Below are positions 62,276 through 64,000 of a stretch of 64,000 nucleotides of DNA, piece after piece. Source of the DNA: an uncultured SAR86 cluster bacterium (GTDB lineage: Bacteria; Pseudomonadota; Gammaproteobacteria; Magnimaribacterales; AG-339-G14); NCBI GenBank assembly GCA_902528485.1, contig CABZTA010000002.1:559-64558 (forward strand), read 5' to 3'. The position numbers and the translations under genes are program-made. Every line of letters starts with the position of its first letter. Position 1 is the stretch's first letter. The notes beneath the pieces were generated by a model. The model ran no database searches, was not told where the DNA came from, and saw only the letters and a program-made list of their open reading frames with translations.

Positions 62276-63052
62276 ATGACAAATAAGACAAAATCAAGGT
62301 TCTCAAAGTATGCTCCTTTCTATGATTTACTTTATGAAGATAAGGATTATGGAGCTGAAGCATATTTTATTTCAGATTTAATCAAAGATTTTAAAAATGA
62401 TAAAAAACTTACTTTATTGGATGCCGGATGCGGAACAGGCATTCATGCAATAGAATTAAGCAAGCTTGGCTACATACTAGAAGGTTCAGATATCTCTGGG
62501 GAAATGATTGAGATTGCTAGAGAAAAAGTTAAAAAGGCTAATATCTCAGTAAAATTTCATAATGAATCTTTTCAAACTCTTAATAAGATAAAGGGTAGGT
62601 TTGATGTAATTCTATGTATGTTTTCATCTATAAATTATCTGACGAGCCTAGGTGATCTTGATATTTTTTTTCAGAATGTATTTTCTTTACTAAAAAAAGA
62701 TGGAATCTTTATCTTTGATTTTTGGAATGGCGAAGCTGTTGAAAAGGGATTTTCTAAAGTTAGAACAAAATCTGCAGAAAATAACTCTATGAAGATTAAC
62801 AGAAAGTCAGAAACTTCTATTGATACCGAAACCCAGGAAGTTTTTTTAAAATTTTATTTTGACTTATACGAGAATAATTCCCTGATTGATTCGTTTGCTG
62901 AAAATCACCACCTTAGATATTTTTTTATTCAAGAAATGAAAAATATTCTTTCAAAAAACAATTTAAATTTTTTATTTTCTTGTCCTTTTATGGAAAGAAA
63001 ATCAAAGATCTTCAGCGATACATGGAATATTTCTTTTGTGGTAAAAAAATGA
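62276..63052 (+). CDS. NDP-aminosugar N,N-dimethyltransferase-like (TylM1/DesVI family)
   Basis: YDLLYEDKDYGAEA..LLDAGCGTGIHAIEL and RFDVILCMFSSINYLTSLGDLD..LKKDGIFIFDFWN align with TylM1 YDLVHQGKGKDYHREA..LLDVACGTGMHLRHL and RFSAVTCMFSSIGHLAGQAELD..LPDGVVVVEPWW. Confidence 0.7.
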   Translation: MTNKTKSRFSKYAPFYDLLYEDKDYGAEAYFISDLIKDFKNDKKLTLLDAGCGTGIHAIELSKLGYILEGSDISGEMIEIAREKVKKANISVKFHNESFQTLNKIKGRFDVILCMFSSINYLTSLGDLDIFFQNVFSLLKKDGIFIFDFWNGEAVEKGFSKVRTKSAENNSMKINRKSETSIDTETQEVFLKFYFDLYENNSLIDSFAENHHLRYFFIQEMKNILSKNNLNFLFSCPFMERKSKIFSDTWNISFVVKK

Positions 63053-64000
63053 AAATTGCAGTTTTTATTGATAGTAAATTAGATTCTGGTGGTTCTTTTC
63101 AATGTTCAGCCTCAAATATAAAAAATCTCTCTCAATCTGCTCACAAAGAATTTAACTTTATTTTTTTTACAACAGAAAAGGAGAACTTATCCTTTTTTAA
63201 AGAAATTAAATGTGAAGTCAAACTTGTTAAGTTTAATTTTTTTGATTTTTTGTTCTCATACTTAAAGAGAACTTTTAAACTGAAAAGAATACTGAGAGGT
63301 TTCAGTAAATTAGATAATTTATTTTTAAAATATGAAATTGACATTGTTTATTTCGTAAACACCTCAGCATTTGCAAAAGATTTAGACCGCCATAACTTTA
63401 TTTTTACCCTATGGGATCTTTGTCATCTAGATCATCCTGAATTTCCTGAGGTAAGCAATCACGGCGAGTTTGAATCACGACAAGAATTACTGCTTAATGT
63501 CCTACCAAAGGCAACAAATGTTATTGTTGAGTCTGAGATTGGAAAAGAAAATCTAGTAAATAGATTCAATATTGAGAAAACTCGAATAAAAGTTTTGCCT
63601 GTGCTCCCATCTCTGCAAATAGAAGAATTTGATCAAAATATAAAGGAGAGTGAAATTGACATTAAAGTTAAATATTCCATTGCAGGAGATTATATTTTTT
63701 ACCCTGCACAATTTTGGCCCCATAAAAATCATATCTATATTTTAAGGGGTTTAAAAAAATTAAAAGATGAAAATATTGAAATTCATGCAATATTTACCGG
63801 TTCAGATAAAGGCAATCAAGAATATATAGAACATTGTGCACAAAAACTTAATCTTTCCAGTCAAGTTCATTTTTTAGGATTTGTAGATAACGAAGAGCTT
63901 CCTTATTTATACAAACAATCTTTAGCCTTAGTAATGCCCACTTATTTTGGACCAACTAACCTACCTCCAGAAGAAGCTTCCATATTGGAATGTCCAATCC
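63049..64000 (+). CDS. GT-B glycosyltransferase (family 4-like), with its 3' end outside the window. It is not present in the supplied ORF track.
   Basis: Manual translation from ATG 63049 (ATGA overlap with the previous stop) gives 317 codons with no stop. The product reads MKIAVFIDSKLDSGGSF ... YIFYPAQFWPHKNH ... AIFTGSDKG ... VHFLGFVDNEELPYLYKQSLALVMPTYFGPTNLPPEEA, typical of the GT4 C-terminal half. Confidence 0.75.
   Translation, partial: MKIAVFIDSKLDSGGSFQCSASNIKNLSQSAHKEFNFIFFTTEKENLSFFKEIKCEVKLVKFNFFDFLFSYLKRTFKLKRILRGFSKLDNLFLKYEIDIVYFVNTSAFAKDLDRHNFIFTLWDLCHLDHPEFPEVSNHGEFESRQELLLNVLPKATNVIVESEIGKENLVNRFNIEKTRIKVLPVLPSLQIEEFDQNIKESEIDIKVKYSIAGDYIFYPAQFWPHKNHIYILRGLKKLKDENIEIHAIFTGSDKGNQEYIEHCAQKLNLSSQVHFLGFVDNEELPYLYKQSLALVMPTYFGPTNLPPEEASILECPI

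Noticed and set aside
14-63344. About 40 short ORFs (60-100 aa) in the track lie antisense to, or out of frame within, long well-supported genes. Examples are 14-307, 922-1128, 1885-2106, 4062-4328, 4364-4600, 5116-5346, 8223-8450, 8586-8885, 10174-10374, 12178-12381, 13284-13571, 17593-17871, 19100-19360, 19519-19788, 21541-21765, 26014-26313, 28862-29056, 35543-35776, 39582-39836, 44986-45183, 50983-51186, 54259-54447 and 63141-63344.
   Set aside because: Each is fully embedded in a gene with strong family motifs. Their translations are low-complexity with no recognisable motifs. None has its own spacing or a Shine-Dalgarno sequence. I treat them as shadow ORFs.
22525-64000. A mobile genomic island or prophage integrated at tRNA-Leu.
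   Set aside because: I recognised no integrase, transposase, phage or conjugation genes, and no direct repeat of the tRNA 3' end by eye. A computational repeat search was not possible. The content is entirely glycan biosynthesis, so it looks like a replacement-type hypervariable locus rather than a mobile element.
1-64000. CRISPR arrays, rRNA genes, toxin-antitoxin pairs, restriction-modification systems or other defence systems.
   Set aside because: I saw no spaced direct repeats, no nuclease, helicase or DNA-methylase signatures, and no small paired ORFs in intergenic space. All the methyltransferases present have small-molecule or sugar-type contexts.

Overview
This is an AT-rich (about 30% G+C by eye, not computed), tightly packed bacterial chromosome segment. 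All calls come from reading the supplied translations, recalled family motifs and manual checks of start and stop codons. No search or HMM was run.

**Core region (1-18.6 kb).** It holds pntAA/pntAB/pntB, then gyrA-serC-pheA-hisC-tyrA-aroA-cmk-rpsA-ihfB, then pyrF, ggt, uvrC and pgsA. The gyrA-to-ihfB order matches Pseudomonas aeruginosa PA3168-PA3161. pgsA is followed by tRNA-Cys(GCA) and tRNA-Leu(UAA), as in the E. coli pgsA-glyW-cysT-leuZ arrangement. Together these point to a streamlined low-GC gammaproteobacterium. A marine SAR86-like origin is only a guess.

**Surface-glycan island (17.4 kb to the window end, more than 46 kb).** The island is threaded through the two tRNA genes. No integrase, transposase, CRISPR array or rRNA was recognised. 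Its modules are:
- A UDP-GalA set: galU, a truncated Ugd and a 4-epimerase.
- A 27-gene, 25.5 kb co-directional block starting 7 nt after tRNA-Leu. It contains:
  - a phosphate-dependent ulosonic-acid (KDN-like) module: NeuA-like, GmhA, KdsC-like and a SAF-less NeuB;
  - heptose enzymes with unusual domain architectures;
  - a split transketolase;
  - a complete mycobacterial-type polyprenyl-phospho-arabinose set: HAD-UbiA fusion, GT-C candidate, DprE1, DprE2 and GtrA.
- An assembly and export block: an MsbA/PglK-type ABC exporter, a Wzz-like protein, a polytopic membrane protein, GT2 and GT4 enzymes and a sialyltransferase-like protein.
- A macrolide-style mycaminose-like module: C-methyltransferase, 3,4-ketoisomerase, aminotransferase and a TylM1-like N,N-dimethyltransferase.

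**Smaller oddities.**
- A homopolymer frameshift at the 3' end of pntAA.
- A non-canonical GyrA QRDR.
- tRNAs wedged between CDSs with 0-7 nt spacers.
- A flavoenzyme whose Rossmann motif lies upstream of any canonical start codon.
- An ORF at 63049-64000 that is missing from the supplied ORF track.
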